From the NCBI RefSeq assembly GCF_001194135.2, contig NC_068993.1:13292911-13348640 (forward strand): a DNA stretch of 55,730 bases, in the 5' to 3' direction. The notes under the pieces were generated by a model. The model saw nothing but the letters and a program-made list of their open reading frames with translations. It was not told the origin of the DNA and made no database searches. Positions 11,755 to 25,949 of this stretch are shown piece by piece. Each line of letters starts with the position of its first letter. Position 1 is the first letter of the stretch. This DNA comes from Octopus bimaculoides. Lineage: Eukaryota. The translations under genes were made by a program, and so were the position numbers.

Positions 11755-12524
11755 TCATTTCAGCTAAAAGTATGGACATACATCACATTTTGTGGGTGGT
11801 AGAAAGAATCAATAGACATCAACAACCATTGATGACATATTTTGTCCGCTTAGAGTCAAGAAATTTATTATTAATCACACATAACTCGGTCAGAAATTAG
11901 ACAGGCAAATCTATGACGCTGATGCATATAACCGGCAAAGAATCAATATATTTGTTAAGACTAAGATACATTTCCCTTTTCTCAAATCTTATGATCAAAA
12001 AGCATATATTTTCCTGGGGTTTACGTATAAATAATCCGAGCCAAATGTGGTGCATCCTATGTAGGCTCATCACTATAGCTGGCAAACTATCTTCAGATTA
12101 TATCAGGCGATCTGGGCAATGTAATCTTAGATGCAAAATATACCTAGATTCTGTGGAGTGTTTATGACTGAAAGGCTTACATCTTAGGTCTGCTTAGTCA
12201 CGGCTGACGTGGACCTAACAAGAACAACACAGAGTATATCCCACAACAACAACAGACAGCAAAATTGCAACGTCTTATGCCAATCTGTCTAACGTTTGAC
12301 AAATTTACTGACTTAGCTCTATCTCTTTGACTTCGTTCTCCATCATTTCAGATTATTTCTTGTGTTTATATTCTCACTATATTTCATTTACGTTTAGAAA
12401 TCATCTGTATTTCCCCATAATAATAATGTTCAGCTTTTGATTTGTATTGATGCACTGTGTGTTCCTGTTTTCTACCTTACAGTCTATTTCTATCTCTACT
12501 AACCCCCGCCTCTTTGCAATGCAG

Positions 12525-12602
12525 TCTTTGTTTTACAGCAAGATTGATGTTTACCGACGATATTCAAAGTGGAATTTCTGTAGGGATAAATGTAGGAGGC
12601 AG
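12525..12602 (+). other. Weak candidate internal exon (78 nt)
   Basis: Perfect TACTAAC at 12497-12503, pyrimidine tract, AG at 12523-24 (alternative 12537-38), CAG/GTGCAT donor at 12602; two of three frames are open. Confidence 0.15.
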
Positions 12603-13425
12603 GTGCATTTAATTCGCTGCCATAATGGCAGCAAGATATATATATATAAGCAATGTTAATTCTCTAAATGAAGTATTAACAGTAACTGCACGATAANNNN
12701 NNNNNNNNNNNNNNNNNNNNNNNNNNNNNNNNNNNNNNNNNNNNNNNNNNNNNNNNNNNNNNNNNNNNNNNNNNNNNNNNNNNNNNNNNNNNNNNNNNNN
12801 NNNNNNNNNNNNNNNNNNNNNNNNNNNNNNNNNNNNNNNNNNNNNNNNNNNNNNNNNNNNNNNNNNNNNNNNNNNNNNNNNNNNNNNNNNNNNNNNNNNN
12901 NNNNNNNNNNNNNNNNNNNNNNNNNNNNNNNNNNNNNNNNNNNNNNNNNNNNNNNNNNNNNNNNNNNNNNNNNNNNNNNNNNNNNNNNNNNNNNNNNNNN
13001 NNNNNNNNNNNNNNNNNNNNNNNNNNNNNNNNNNNNNNNNNNNNNNNNNNNNNNNNNNNNNNNNNNNNNNNNNNNNNNNNNNNNNNNNNNNNNNNNNNNN
13101 NNNNNNNNNNNNNNNNNNNNNNNNNNNNNNNNNNNNNNNNNNNNNNNNNNNNNNNNNNNNNNNNNNNNNNNNNNNNNNNNNNNNNNNNNNNNNNNNNNNN
13201 NNNNNNNNNNNNNNNNNNNNNNNNNNNNNNNNNNNNNNNNNNNNNNNNNNNNNNNNNNNNNNNNNNNNNNNNNNNNNNNNNNNNNNNNNNNNNNNNNNNN
13301 NNNNNNNNNNNNNNNNNNNNNNNNNNNNNNNNNNNNNNNNNNNNNNNNNNNNNNNNNNNNNNNNNNNNNNNNNNNNNNNNNNNNNNNNNNNNNNNNNNNN
13401 NNNNNNNNNNNNNNNNNNNNNNNNN

Positions 13426-13498
<73 letters not shown>

Positions 13499-13686
13499 CT
13501 GCCTGCCTGTCTGTCTGTTTATCACATGCACTAACACAAGACTATTTATCATTCTCTCTACAGCTAAATATTTGTATAATAAGGTTAATTTGTGTAAATG
13601 CACACACACATTGACATATTCACACATTCACACTAATGCAGACACGTATGTGTGTGTAAGTGTGTATACGAATGCTTTTAAAAGTG

Positions 13687-13830
13687 TAAAGACGATGTAT
13701 AGAGGAAAAAGCAATGTGTATTAGATTCACGCTGAGGAAAATTCGAAGAAACCTCTAACGTTTCGAGCCTACGCTCTTTTACGGAAAAGAAAGATGAGGA
13801 GAGAGAAAAATAGAGAGAAAAGAACAAGTG
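13687..13830 (-). mobile_element. Penelope-like terminal-repeat fragment with degenerate hammerhead motif (copy P3)
   Basis: Reverse complement reads ctttt ccgtaaa a gagcgtaggctc gaaacgtt..cagcgtgaatctaatac..tcgtcttt, homologous to 25210-25380 and 42062-42255. Confidence 0.65.
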
Positions 13831-15555
13831 TGTTTCAATTATAAGGTCACCGCATGCTGAAATGACCGGAAGAGGGAAAACCAGTACTCCCAGAGTAAGC
13901 GTTTGGAGTACTCCACGTTTTCAGCTCCAATCAAACCTGAACTTTAATCAAAATATTAAATTTATACCATCCCGGTATTCAATTTTCTTTTGCTTTGTTC
14001 GGTATTTCACTACGTATGTAAATTCGTTTAATATAGAAAGAAACCATAACTATCTCTTCGCCTCTCACTCTATGTCTCTCTGTATTTGGTGTGTGTATGA
14101 GTGTATAGCTAGGTAGGTGCATTTCTCTTAGAGATAGGTCATTTAATATTTAAATTTATTTCAGTTCTGATTTAAGAGCCGTCAAAAAACAAAACAGAAA
14201 TATGCAAATGATGTTGAATGTATTACTGCGTTAGATAACAGCTGAAAAGCTTATGATTCTCATTGGGGAAGACAAATTGGTGTGTCTTTTTCAGGAAACC
14301 AACAGGCCTTTCTTTCGTTTCTTTTTCTTCTTTTGTTTTTCTGGTATGACAAATGCACAGAAAAAAATGTGTTATATCCTTATATTTCTCTCCATAATTA
14401 AGTATCCTAATATTTAATTAAATTTATTTCAGTCTTCCTTATTCAAGCTGCGCACTGCACAGTATATACATGCAGACAAGGACAGATAGTCATACTAGGT
14501 GAGAACTGGGTAGATTCCCCCCCCCACACACACACACACATACACACAAAGAGCTATATATGGGTGGCTAGATAGATAAGTTGCTAGAATGATTACCATA
14601 TATATCGGCCGGTTTGGTATATGATGAAAGAGAGTGATTCTGCATAAATTAAAGAAAAAAATTAAACACAATTTTATTACAGTAGCTTGCTGAATAAGCA
14701 CAGAGAGAGACATAATTGGGTTATAGATAGACACCACACCGTTTAGGTAATCATAGCGAATTTGATATTTCTAATTTAAAAATTATTCTCAATGATAGGT
14801 TTATTTTGTTTGCTTAGATACTAATTTATATATGCGGTGTGCTAAAATTTGTTCGTTAAACTTGATTTATAAAAACATATCTGTTGATTTCTTTCGTGAT
14901 CTAGAAATGCAGTTGCTTTTTTAAACGAGGGAATATAAACATTCTTACTATATGTTGTTGTTGTCGTCGTTTTCGTTTAGACACTTCATCGCTCCGATTG
15001 AACCTACCAATGAACTTTTCTTGGCTACTGTTGTCTTTCCAGAAAAAGTGTACACGGAGATCAATTCTACGGCATATTGTCGTGTTTATGACGGCATTCC
15101 AAGCTGAAATTTATGCAGCATATATTTAGATTGCAGATATGTTGAAGTGTGTTCGAATGTCGGACATCGCAGACATATGATATGCTTCCTCTTTTCATAA
15201 ATATATCCGTTTCTGAATGTAAACGATCTTTGGTGTGATTGAAGCAAAACAAAGACTAAATAAAAGGAACAATACAGGAGAGGACATAGTAAATACAAGT
15301 CACATAAATGAATATCTGATACTTGTATAAATGATTTCAATGTTTATGTATTTTTCAAACATAATAAAATGAAAAGATGGCAAAATTATTAGAACAAAAA
15401 ACAAAAGCAAAAACATCTAGTAGTTTGTTTTATTTTTTTCGTCTAGGAAATGGCTACAAATATATTTCAGTTTATAGAGACACAGGCGCTCGCGCGTATA
15501 TACGACTCTCTCCTTATNNNNNNNNNNNNNNNNNNNNNNNNNNNNNNNNNNNNNN

Positions 15556-15587
<32 letters not shown>

Positions 15588-15663
15588 TATGGGGGGGGGG
15601 TATACATTTGAGTGTGTATATATTCGTATGTATATGTATTTATATGTATATATTTATATATGC

Positions 15664-15710
<47 letters not shown>

Positions 15711-16532
15711 AATATAAATATTTATTTATATGTGCTTAGATGCATATATATATATGAGTGTGTGCGTTTGTATGTGTGTGCTTATCTGTGTCTCTGTGTG
15801 TGTTTGTGTGTATGTGATGTATGTATGTATATGCACAAGTGTATGCCTGCGTGCATATATAAAGAGATATATGCTTACATAAATATACGCACATTTAGAT
15901 CAATGCACACGCGCACACACACACACACACACACGCTCACTGTCTTTATATCGTAATATATATTCGAGCAGGATTTCTGATTACAAACCAGACCATTATA
16001 ATTGTAATGTAAATATAACCACACATTAGTCTTGTAGTTTTCTGGCATTGACGTCACCGACGTCCCTCAATAGTTCAAAATGTCTGTTAAGATGATTAAA
16101 ATAGCCGAAGTTAATATTAAAATAGTCTTTTGTTCTAAGAAATGTCAATGAAAATCATAAGAAAATACTTTGTAGACAGAAAGCTTTGATGAATGAATTG
16201 TATAAGACGTTGAATGGGAAGTGACACAGAAATGGCTAAAAAGACAATAGTACGATTGTAATCGGTAACTTGGTATTATAGAGACGTATACAAATACATG
16301 CTTATGGGTGTTTAAGAAAATATAATATATATGGACGTACGTATATTTACAGCGCTAATTAAATATGGCACAGAAACGCACAGGCAGGGACTCCCAGACT
16401 CATACACACACATACACACATACACTCACTCATATATGCGTATTATGTCTGTGTATAGGTGTGTGTGTTCGTATATAGGTGTGTGTGTGTGTTTGTGTGC
16501 GTTTGCGTGTATATGCGCGTATATATTCTTTT

Positions 16533-16810
16533 ACTAGTAATTATTCGATAGGTGTCTATTGCCGAACCGCTACGTTACGGGGACGTAAACACACCAACAT
16601 CGGTTGTCAAGGGATTTTTAGGGGGGATGCAAACACACACAAACACATACATATTCATATACACACATATATATATATACAACGGGCTTCTTTCAGTTTC
16701 CGTCTATCAAATCCAGTCACAAGGCTTAGGTCAGCCTGCGGCCATGCAGTGGGACTGAACCCGGAACCATGTAGTTAGGAAGCAAGCAAGCTTCTTACCT
16801 CACAGCCACT
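16533..16810 (-). mobile_element. SINE family A copy 2 (internal deletion, 3' end missing)
   Basis: tgccgaaccgcta..ggggacgtaaacacacc..microsatellite..cgggcttctttcagtttccgtc..gggactgaacccggaaccatg..cacagccact. Confidence 0.88.
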
Positions 16811-16813
16811 CAT

Positions 16814-16860
<47 letters not shown>

Positions 16861-17375
16861 NNNNNNNNNNNNNNNNNNNNNNNNNNNNNNNNNNNNNNNN
16901 NNNNNNNNNNNNNNNNNNNNNNNNNNNNNNNNNNNNNNNNNNNNNNNNNNNNNNNNNNNNNNNNNNNNNNNNNNNNNNNNNNNNNNNNNNNNNNNNNNNN
17001 NNNNNNNNNNNNNNNNNNNNNNNNNNNNNNNNNNNNNNNNNNNNNNNNNNNNNNNNNNNNNNNNNNNNNNNNNNNNNNNNNNNNNNNNNNNNNNNNNNNN
17101 NNNNNNNNNNNNNNNNNNNNNNNNNNNNNNNNNNNNNNNNNNNNNNNNNNNNNNNNNNNNNNNNNNNNNNNNNNNNNNNNNNNNNNNNNNNNNNNNNNNN
17201 NNNNNNNNNNNNNNNNNNNNNNNNNNNNNNNNNNNNNNNNNNNNNNNNNNNNNNNNNNNNNNNNNNNNNNNNNNNNNNNNNNNNNNNNNNNNNNNNNNNN
17301 NNNNNNNNNNNNNNNNNNNNNNNNNNNNNNNNNNNNNNNNNNNNNNNNNNNNNNNNNNNNNNNNNNNNNNNNNNN

Positions 17376-17399
17376 GCTACTTACCACACAGCCACTCCT

Positions 17400-17401
<2 letters not shown>
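17376..17401 (-). mobile_element. 5' head fragment of another family A copy emerging from a gap
   Basis: gctacttaccacacagccactcctg matches the head of copies 4 and 6. Confidence 0.7.
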
Positions 17402-17486
<85 letters not shown>

Positions 17487-18523
17487 ATTCTTCCTTAAGA
17501 ATAGTGTTGATAATGATTTCGAAGTAGGCCGACACTCCGAAGTCCCTCTCAACACTATTCTAGTCAATGAATAATAGATATGTACTCTGCACAAAACTTT
17601 CTGTAATGCTTCAGTTTTATGTAATATTTTCATTAGTACTTGTCACAAAAACAAACATTATAATGTGTATGTATGTGTGTCTATATATATATGCGTGTGT
17701 GTGTGTGTGTGTGTGTACAAACACACATACTCTGAAATAGATAAATCAATGGATTGAAGCATGATTATTTTATATGTTGGTTGGTGAATTCTGCTGTAGA
17801 AATATGGCTCTAAATTCTGGTTTCGAATATCTTTTTTTTCCTCCTGTTTCTAGAGTAATATAAGGGAGAGCATATCTTTATGCGCATCTTGACAGTTGTA
17901 AAAGTATATCTCTAACTCAATAAAGAATATTGATCTATAGAGAATTACCTTGAGTTCTTTGATTTATCTATTCTCCAGCCAGTTGTTTCTGACTTTGCAA
18001 CAAAGGCTAAGTTATCTGCCCTTATCTGTTGCAACTCTAACCAAAGTGAATTTTTGTCTTCCTTTCTCTATATTCAGTCATTTATTGATTCGGTTTGAAA
18101 TCATTCTATCCCGGCTTCTTCTTATTTCTTTCACTTTCATTCTGACACTTGCACTTTCTTAGATTGTTCTTCATGTTATCCTTCCTTCTATTTCTCCCTC
18201 TCATTCTCTATCCATCCATCCTCCTCTCTCTCATCTCTCTCTCTATCTCTCTTTCTCTTTTTTTTCCATGGTACACTCTACATATCTTAATGACCTTTCC
18301 ACTCATTCTCTTTCTTTCTGGCTCTCACGACTACCTCTGTTTATTTCTATTTGTCTCCTCCACCGATTTCCATTGCTTTCAAATTCCATAGATTTACTGG
18401 AATACAGAGAATTATTATGAATAGGCAAAGATTACTGATTTGATATGAAAATAGATAATCCGTAAGACATTTTCTAGATCGATATTAACCATACATACAT
18501 ACACACATACATGCATTCTTATA

Positions 18524-18612
<89 letters not shown>

Positions 18613-18621
18613 GCACTTATA

Positions 18622-18654
<33 letters not shown>

Positions 18655-19450
18655 TGTGTATGCATGTCTGTATCATATGTATCTATCTATATAAGTAAAC
18701 TACCTAAAAATATACGTATGTAGTCAAATGTAAAATAGATATTAATGTGTAGCAACCTGAGATCATATATCTTCGCAATCCTCCATTATCTCCATCTTTG
18801 GAGTAGCCACACATGCATACATACATGTGCTGTGTCTCAAAAACCTTTACCCATGGTAAGGAGAGGCCAAATATGACTTCTACTTCTTCCAACGATGTTA
18901 TTGCTGTTTTTCTTTAACCCTAGATCACTCATGATTTATTCTCAGATTCATTTCAGCCGCAAAGATACTGTTTTCATATTGTTGTTTCTTATTTACTTTA
19001 TTTTTGGGCATAGTGCATCTAGGAATATATTATCGAAACAGACGTGCTGTCTCTTCTTCCTACTTATTTTATCACGACTATAACTGCTTCAGCTACTTGC
19101 ATACTGTTTTCAAGGAGACTCACTCGATATACTTGTGACTACTCCTCTATCTACCCCTTATACCTTCCCACCGCCTTTAATATCTTTCTTTAATTCCGTT
19201 TTCCTGAGAAAACCAGCCAGCTGCAGTTCCATCTACAGATTCACTGCAGACATGAGCTTTCATATATATATTCAGGTTAAAACCCTAATATATGTAATAT
19301 ATGTATTTTATTGATTTCAAGAAACTAGGACTCGAGAAGGTCATGGGTATCTCCTTTTCCACCTGGTTAAGCCATACGTAAAGGCAACATGTTTTCTAGC
19401 GTTTGAAGTCAGTAGAGTTTTGCATGAATGAGACTTGGCTCTAAATTCTT

Positions 19451-19560
19451 AAGGCGAATTGGCAGAGTCGTTCGAGTGTTGAATAGAATCCATCCCTGGA
19501 AGCATTGATTCCGACTCAGTACACACTTAGTTCAAATGCCCTCAGATCAACTTTGTATTA
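19451..19560 (+). mobile_element. SINE family B, highly degenerate 5' part
   Basis: aaggcgaattggcagagtcgtt..ttagttcaaatgccctcagatcaactttg. Confidence 0.55.
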
Positions 19561-19689
19561 ATTTGGGCAGTTGATTGGTGAATCTGTATGAAAATCGAAC
19601 TGGATTTCTAGCGGTTTGCATTCTGGCTCTTAGCCTAATGAGTTCAAATCTCACCATGCCCTACCTTGCTGGTAGACCTAATGGGTCAT

Positions 19690-19830
19690 CCCACTTTTGC
19701 AGCTCCACGTGGCACCTTTGCTAAATTTATCGGATCCTTTTTTGTTACTAGAATTCGAACCAGGACCCTGCAGAGTGTCATGGGCGCAGGCTTACCCTGG
19801 ATTGAGGTAAAATACACTCATACAGCTATA
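19690..19830 (-). mobile_element. Unassigned tRNA-like head (possible additional SINE)
   Basis: Minus strand has ggtcctGGTTCGAATTCTag, a good B box, at 19750-19761; no convincing cloverleaf or second copy. Confidence 0.25.
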
Positions 19831-20357
19831 TAGAGTGCGCATATATGGCCAACGATTTCAATCCGTTTTAAAATATCCCTGGTACACAGTGCCGATGAAC
19901 TAAACTAACAGCGAAATGTCGATATCCACCGTTCCCGCTCAACGTTAGATTCGTTTCACCTGATTTATGGTATTCAGTTTCTTTCGTACTCTCGACGTCT
20001 TAAAGGGACTTTTACCCTGTACAAAATATCGCAGCTAATACACGTATACACAAAACGTGTACATTAAATTTGTGACGTCGGTAATGTTTATGTGTGTGTA
20101 TTTTGATACATTATGATATATTGAAGCTTCGAAGTCACTGTCAAAGTAATTCTAATGAATATTGTTCTACTATACACATTTAGTCTTATATTCAGTCAAT
20201 GTTCCTTGTATTTATGCATATGTATAAAGTATTTTACCTACACACATGAACGCACAGGCACAAGAACACACATATAGACAAATATGTGTGTCTGAGTCTA
20301 TGTATATATATATATATATATACACACATACCATCTTACATACATGCATACATACGC

Positions 20358-20446
<89 letters not shown>

Positions 20447-20519
20447 TACATATACATTTCTCTATCTTTTGAAGCAGGAACGGTCTACAGTCACTGTATC
20501 AATGGCGGTAATCAAAAGT

Positions 20520-21480
20520 AGATTGTCGCATCAAAAGTGCTTGTTAACGATGCTTTGTTGGTCTATACATATCTTAAAATGCAAACCTGTATCTTGCATA
20601 TATGCGTGTGGTTCATCTTACTTTGATGCTAGTGTAGCAAAGCCGTCTTAATTTGGCGTTTACGCTAACCACATATGGAGACGTGCAGCTTCCTATGGTT
20701 CACATAAAAGTCCAGTCCGCACAATGATGCATGTCTTAGATATGACTTCAATCGTGCGTTGCCTGAGTTTGCATCTGACCAGACTGGATTCCTTTTCACT
20801 TTTATTTAATAAACGCCGCGTTTCGTTAGTAAGAGAATCCTACATTGAGTAACATATCCACTGTAGATTCGATTTGCTCTGTCTGAAACTATGCATCCAT
20901 GCTCTTAGACAGCTGCTTCCTCAGACAGTATTCAACGATTTGCTGGTGTCCTTACCGTTTGTCCGGCACATTTATGCACAACTTTTATTTTTGAAGAATC
21001 TACAGTCTTAGCGTAAGTAAAAGCTAAGATTGGGTGTCCGATGCCTAGTTTTTAGTCAACTGCTCATATTCCACCACTTATTGTGCATTATGGCCGGTTG
21101 AATGCCAGCCATTATCTTCTACAGATGGTTGCTGTGAGCATGAGTGAAGGCCGTTCTTGAGAAATTCCAGACATCGGAAAGGTGCGGTGTCCGTCCAGAT
21201 CTTCAACTATGGACAAGTTCCGAAAATCCCTGATCTAGCCGTACTACTAAGTATACTCTGGTTCTTGAGAAATTATACATGCACGGATGTATCTTTAGCA
21301 CGGCTTAACGGTGACGCAAGAAGGGTGATAAAACTTTTCTGCACCCGAGAGTAGCTGATCCCGAGAGTTGCTGATCAGCAAATATGTTGAGTAGCTTTTC
21401 TCACGTGTAGGACGGGTATTGATTTCAGTCGAGTCTGTCGTGAACATCAGCCGCCACTGTCATTTGATCGGTAAGACAGT
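20520..21480 (-). mobile_element. Possible heavily decayed RTE-like reverse-transcriptase remnant
   Basis: Higher-GC, microsatellite-free island with stops in all frames; fragmentary minus-strand peptides (RSGIFGTC.., [23 protein letters not shown]) are only loosely RTE-like. Confidence 0.25.
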
Positions 21481-21969
21481 TTCCTTCTATAATATTTAGT
21501 TCCTCTGTTGAGTTCCTAATTGGCTAAATATCTTCATGATAGTCAACTTCTATTTTGTGTCTCCACTCCCTGTGAAAAAATTATAGATACCCACGTATTG
21601 GAGTCGAACTTCTCATTGCCATACATTTGTAGGTCATCTTTATCGATTTGTACATTTAGAGTAATATTCTTACTAGTTAAGTTGCATTACCGATCGGGAT
21701 GAATTTTCCCGCATCATTTTCTTTTCTTTTTTTTTTTTTGATTAATTTAGTCGATCCTCCGTTGGTCTCGACGTTGAGCAGAGCATTTATCTATTTAACT
21801 ATTCGTCTAACTGAATGCATATTCGTTAGATAAATGTGCAAATAGTTAAGTACTCAATATGTGTAGCCTTATGTAATATCCAGGCCAAATCAGTTTGTCA
21901 CAATATCGCATGTCTTGGTCTTTCAACTACATTTACAATGCAAAGAGAAAGACAGAGACAACGTGGAAG

Positions 21970-22113
21970 TGAGCCAAGTATTGTTATTTAGCCCCAAAAT
22001 AATGAATGAAAAAATTGACCACAGCAGAAGTTGAACTCAGAGCACAAAGAATCAGGAAAATTATGGCAAAGATTGCTCTCCGATGTTCTAAATATTCTGC
22101 CAAATCGCTGCCT
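21970..22113 (-). mobile_element. SINE family B, degenerate copy
   Basis: ttgaccacagcagaagttgaactcagagc..attctgccaaatcgctgcct. Confidence 0.6.
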
Positions 22114-23868
22114 ACGTTGCATGTGTATAGTTAAATCCTTCGCTGCTATACAAGGCAGACATTCGTGAGAAAGTGTCTCACTGTGTGGGAACCCATGACA
22201 CCATTAATATGTTGTTGATGTCTAAATTCCGGATAACTTTCATTAAAGTACACTGCAAGTTTTCTTTCTATGTGAAGTATCGCTTAAAGAATCTAGGGTG
22301 AAAATGATTGGAGAGAACAGTGAATATACTTTAGAAAGTATTTAGGACTGTTGTTTTGAGAGCATATTTTGCAGATTGTGATGGCAATCGCTTGGATTGG
22401 ACTAAATGTGAAGATAATAGAATCATAGAGAGCATCACTTGGTAAATGTTGATGTCTGCCAAGCTGATTTGCTGCTAGAATCATACAAAAACAAAATAAC
22501 ATAATCGATATCTTCTCTAGAATCGTTTAATAAAATGTGATGAAAAATATTCAGTCTGGCATTTGTAAATGGCATGAGGTCAATGAGATAATTCTTCTGT
22601 TGTGTTATTAATGCGGCTGTTGTTTAACTACAGACCACTCGTGATTGATCGAACTTATGATCTTGGATGTCCCAGATACGACTACTCTATATTTATTGTA
22701 AGACTACATTATCGCATAGTTCCTAGATAAGGTATGTTGTGATCTGAGAAGGACGCTGCAGTTATTTCTAGCGGGTTAAAGTCTAGAAAATTTTTCATTG
22801 GCTTACTGTCGTTTTTGTTTTTCCCATTTTGTGGTTTGCTGTTGTTGTTGTTTTAAAACCCATTCCGACCCACTCGAGCAGAAATAACATGAAGTACTTT
22901 TCAGCCTTGACTACGTCATTTTAAATTTGATCAATATTCGGGAAGTCCATCTGGTGCATGATTATCCCTTTTCATTTTAAATGTGATAGGGTGCAACTGA
23001 GAGAAATATGAGTGCTATTTCTTGCTGGTCATAGTCTATTGTCTACACAGAGTACTCTCACTTCCTTCTTTGGTATGGTGGTTGCATTCTTGGTGTCGTT
23101 TGGTGCTTCTCTATCCCTTTTGACTTTTTGTTGAACTGGAAATTAAAAAGAAATACCAATTACTGGGGCACTTCACATAGAAAATTAATCAAAAGTATGT
23201 TTTAAAATTAAAAATTGGAAAAAAAAATATGACTGACATAAAATATTATTGCCTAGTTTGTTTTATTAGTCATAACATCTGTTTAACAGAATCATGAATA
23301 ACAGGTTTTTCGAGACGCATAAGCGTTAATATGGAATGTCTAAAGCCGAAAATTATGGTTTTTAAAAATCCATGGCGCACCTATGTACCTTGTATGACAC
23401 ACCATTTGAGGAACACTAGTGAATTTTATTAGTGAAACCTGGCACGGCTACGGCTTGACTGTGAACTTTTTCGGCATCGCCTTATGATTAAGACATTGGC
23501 AATTTCAAGGAAGACTAAAGCAACAGGAATTTATTACTGCCATTTTATTTGAATTTTTACTGAAAAAAAAAATATTGATTTTTGTTTTGCATAATATATT
23601 TTTAATTTTGTAATTCTTCTTATTTTTATAAATTGCAAAAAAAAAAAAAAGAAAATAGAAATTATTTGTTCCTTAAAAAAAACAATTAAAAATTGATAAC
23701 TCCACCCCCAAGGACATGGCGCCTGTTGCTGGCGTGAAAATAAATAAATAAATACACAATGATGATGATAATAATAATAATGATGATGATAATGATGACG
23801 ATGATTTAATTTACAGCTACATCGGTAACGGTAGTGTTGAAGATAGTAGCGACTGTATTGAGGATTGA

Positions 23869-23901
<33 letters not shown>

Positions 23902-24350
23902 GGTGGTGGTGGTGGTGGTGTAATAAGTGATGTTGCTAATAGTGTTGCAGCAGAAGTAATTGAGGCAGAGATGCTGGTTGATGATTATTCTTTATATTAT
24001 TCTCATAATAATAATAATAGTAATAATGATAATAATGATAATAATAATAATGATAACCATCATCATCATTATAATCATCATCCATAAATAGTAATCCCCA
24101 CTAATACATCACAGAATTTTTCTTTCTGTTTTCATTCCTCTCCCTTCCTCTCTCGCTTTCACTCTTTTATACAAGATGTTTCACCAAGTACGTTTGATCT
24201 GTTTGTGCATAGGATGTTGGGGCTGGACAGGTCAGACATAATTCACCAACACAAACACAACCACCATCAACACCAACAACAACTAGACAATCACCACTAC
24301 CAACACCAACTTCACATGCCTTTACCACTTCCGCTCTAGCAAAGTAGAAG

Positions 24351-24388
<38 letters not shown>

Positions 24389-25034
24389 AGAGGAGGAGAA
24401 ACGTGCAGGTAGTAAATGTATGACTCATGAAGATTTGGATGGTGTGGATCGACTTAGCGATACAAAGGCCTTCATTTTCACGTTCTTTCATATTTTTTTT
24501 TTTTATATATTTTCCTTTTATATTTTGGCTCCTTGCTTTTGTTATTTTTGCTTCTGTTTTTCTTTGACTACTTCTCGATACCAAACGTTAGCGAAGAATT
24601 TAGGCTAATGTCGAAGTGAAGCGGCCCTATTTCTTTCAAGTAAGGTGATATTAGCTAAAGCTGGCTAAATAAATAAATAAAGAAATAAAGAAATACATAA
24701 AAATATGGAATAAAGAATGATTTGATGACATAAATAGCTCTGCTAATATTCTGGCACATTCTTTTGCATTCATAAATCGCTGTATGATTCTTTAAATACG
24801 GGGATCAGAATACGCATGGGATTTATAAAACAGTTATCTGGCTGTCTGTCTCTCTTTCTTACTACCCCCTTCGTCTAACATAACACATCATCACTTACAA
24901 TATGTGTGTACGTATGGTTGGGTGTCATATATATGATATATGTGTCCGCAGTGTGTGTGTGTATAAGAATTATATATAACAAGGATTTCTATATATGTAT
25001 ATATAAATACACACATATATATACATGTATATGG

Positions 25035-25083
<49 letters not shown>

Positions 25084-25132
25084 ATATATATGCGTATATA
25101 TATATGTATGTATATACTCACATTATTTGTAT

Positions 25133-25180
<48 letters not shown>

Positions 25181-25209
25181 AACATACGTATACACACACA
25201 TATATATAT

Positions 25210-25380
25210 TCCTCTCTCTGTTTTATCTTTTCGTTCTCTCTCAAATTCTTTCCCTTCTCAGTCGTTTCTGTCGCAGAGCGTAGGGCTCGAAACGTCAAAG
25301 ACTTTTCCATTCTACCCGAGCGTTTAACTAATAAACCTACTTCTTGTTCCTTCACTTGTCTTCGTCTTGTGTATCTTATA
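25210..25380 (+). mobile_element. Penelope-like terminal-repeat fragment with degenerate hammerhead motif (copy P1)
   Basis: gtcgttt ctgtcgc a gagcgtagggctc gaaacgtc aaagac at 25261-25302, followed by ..cccgagcgtttaactaata..ttgtcttcgtctt. Confidence 0.7.
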
Positions 25381-25535
25381 GAAGAAACAGTTGTAAGTTA
25401 ATGAGTTTCATAGTACAACCGTTGTTTTCCCTTTCTCATCTATTTGTCTTATTACCGTTCTATACTCATCTAATACTTTGTTCTGAAATACACGCATATT
25501 GAGTTCTGCACTAGTTTATTAGTCTCGCAATGCCT

Positions 25536-25929
25536 GAAGCGTGGTCGAGTGGTAAGAAAGTTGCTTCCAAATCACACGCATCTAGGTTCAGTACCACTGC
25601 GTAGCAATTTGGGCAAGAGTCTTTTACTACACAGCCTCAGGCCTACCAAAGATTTGTGAGTGGATTTGGTTGACGGAAACTGAAGAAAGCCAGTCGTATA
25701 TGTGAGTGTGTGTATGTGTTGCACTTTTCCCCCAGCACCGCTTGGTAACCGGTGTATGTGTGTTTACGTCTCCGTAACCTAGTGGTTAAGCAAATAGAAA
25801 CATATAAAATAAGTACTAGGTTCAGAAATTAAGTCCTGGGATTGAGTTGTTGCTCATCTAAAACTCATGCAAGGTGGTGCTTCTGCTTGGCCACAATTAA
25901 ATGACTGATGCAGGTAAAATATAAAAGAT
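25536..25929 (+). mobile_element. SINE family A copy 3 (old, divergent, short internal repeat tract)
   Basis: gtggtcgagtggtaagaaagttgcttcc..ggttcagtaccactgcg..ttgggcaag..gacggaaactgaa..cgtctccgtaac..aataagtactagg..aaatgactga. Confidence 0.85.
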
Positions 25930-25949
25930 GAAAAATATGTATATAATTT

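Noticed and set aside
11532-11761. gaaatga/tcatttc inverted 7-mer flanking duplication copy 2 (possible MITE ends), and GT..AG intron-like borders
   Set aside because: Only 7 bp, absent from copy 1 and expected by chance; splicing it out gives an immediate stop in the one open upstream frame
23390-23420. tgacacaccatttgaggaacactag resembles a hAT-type terminal inverted repeat
   Set aside because: No matching opposite end or 8-bp target-site duplication found
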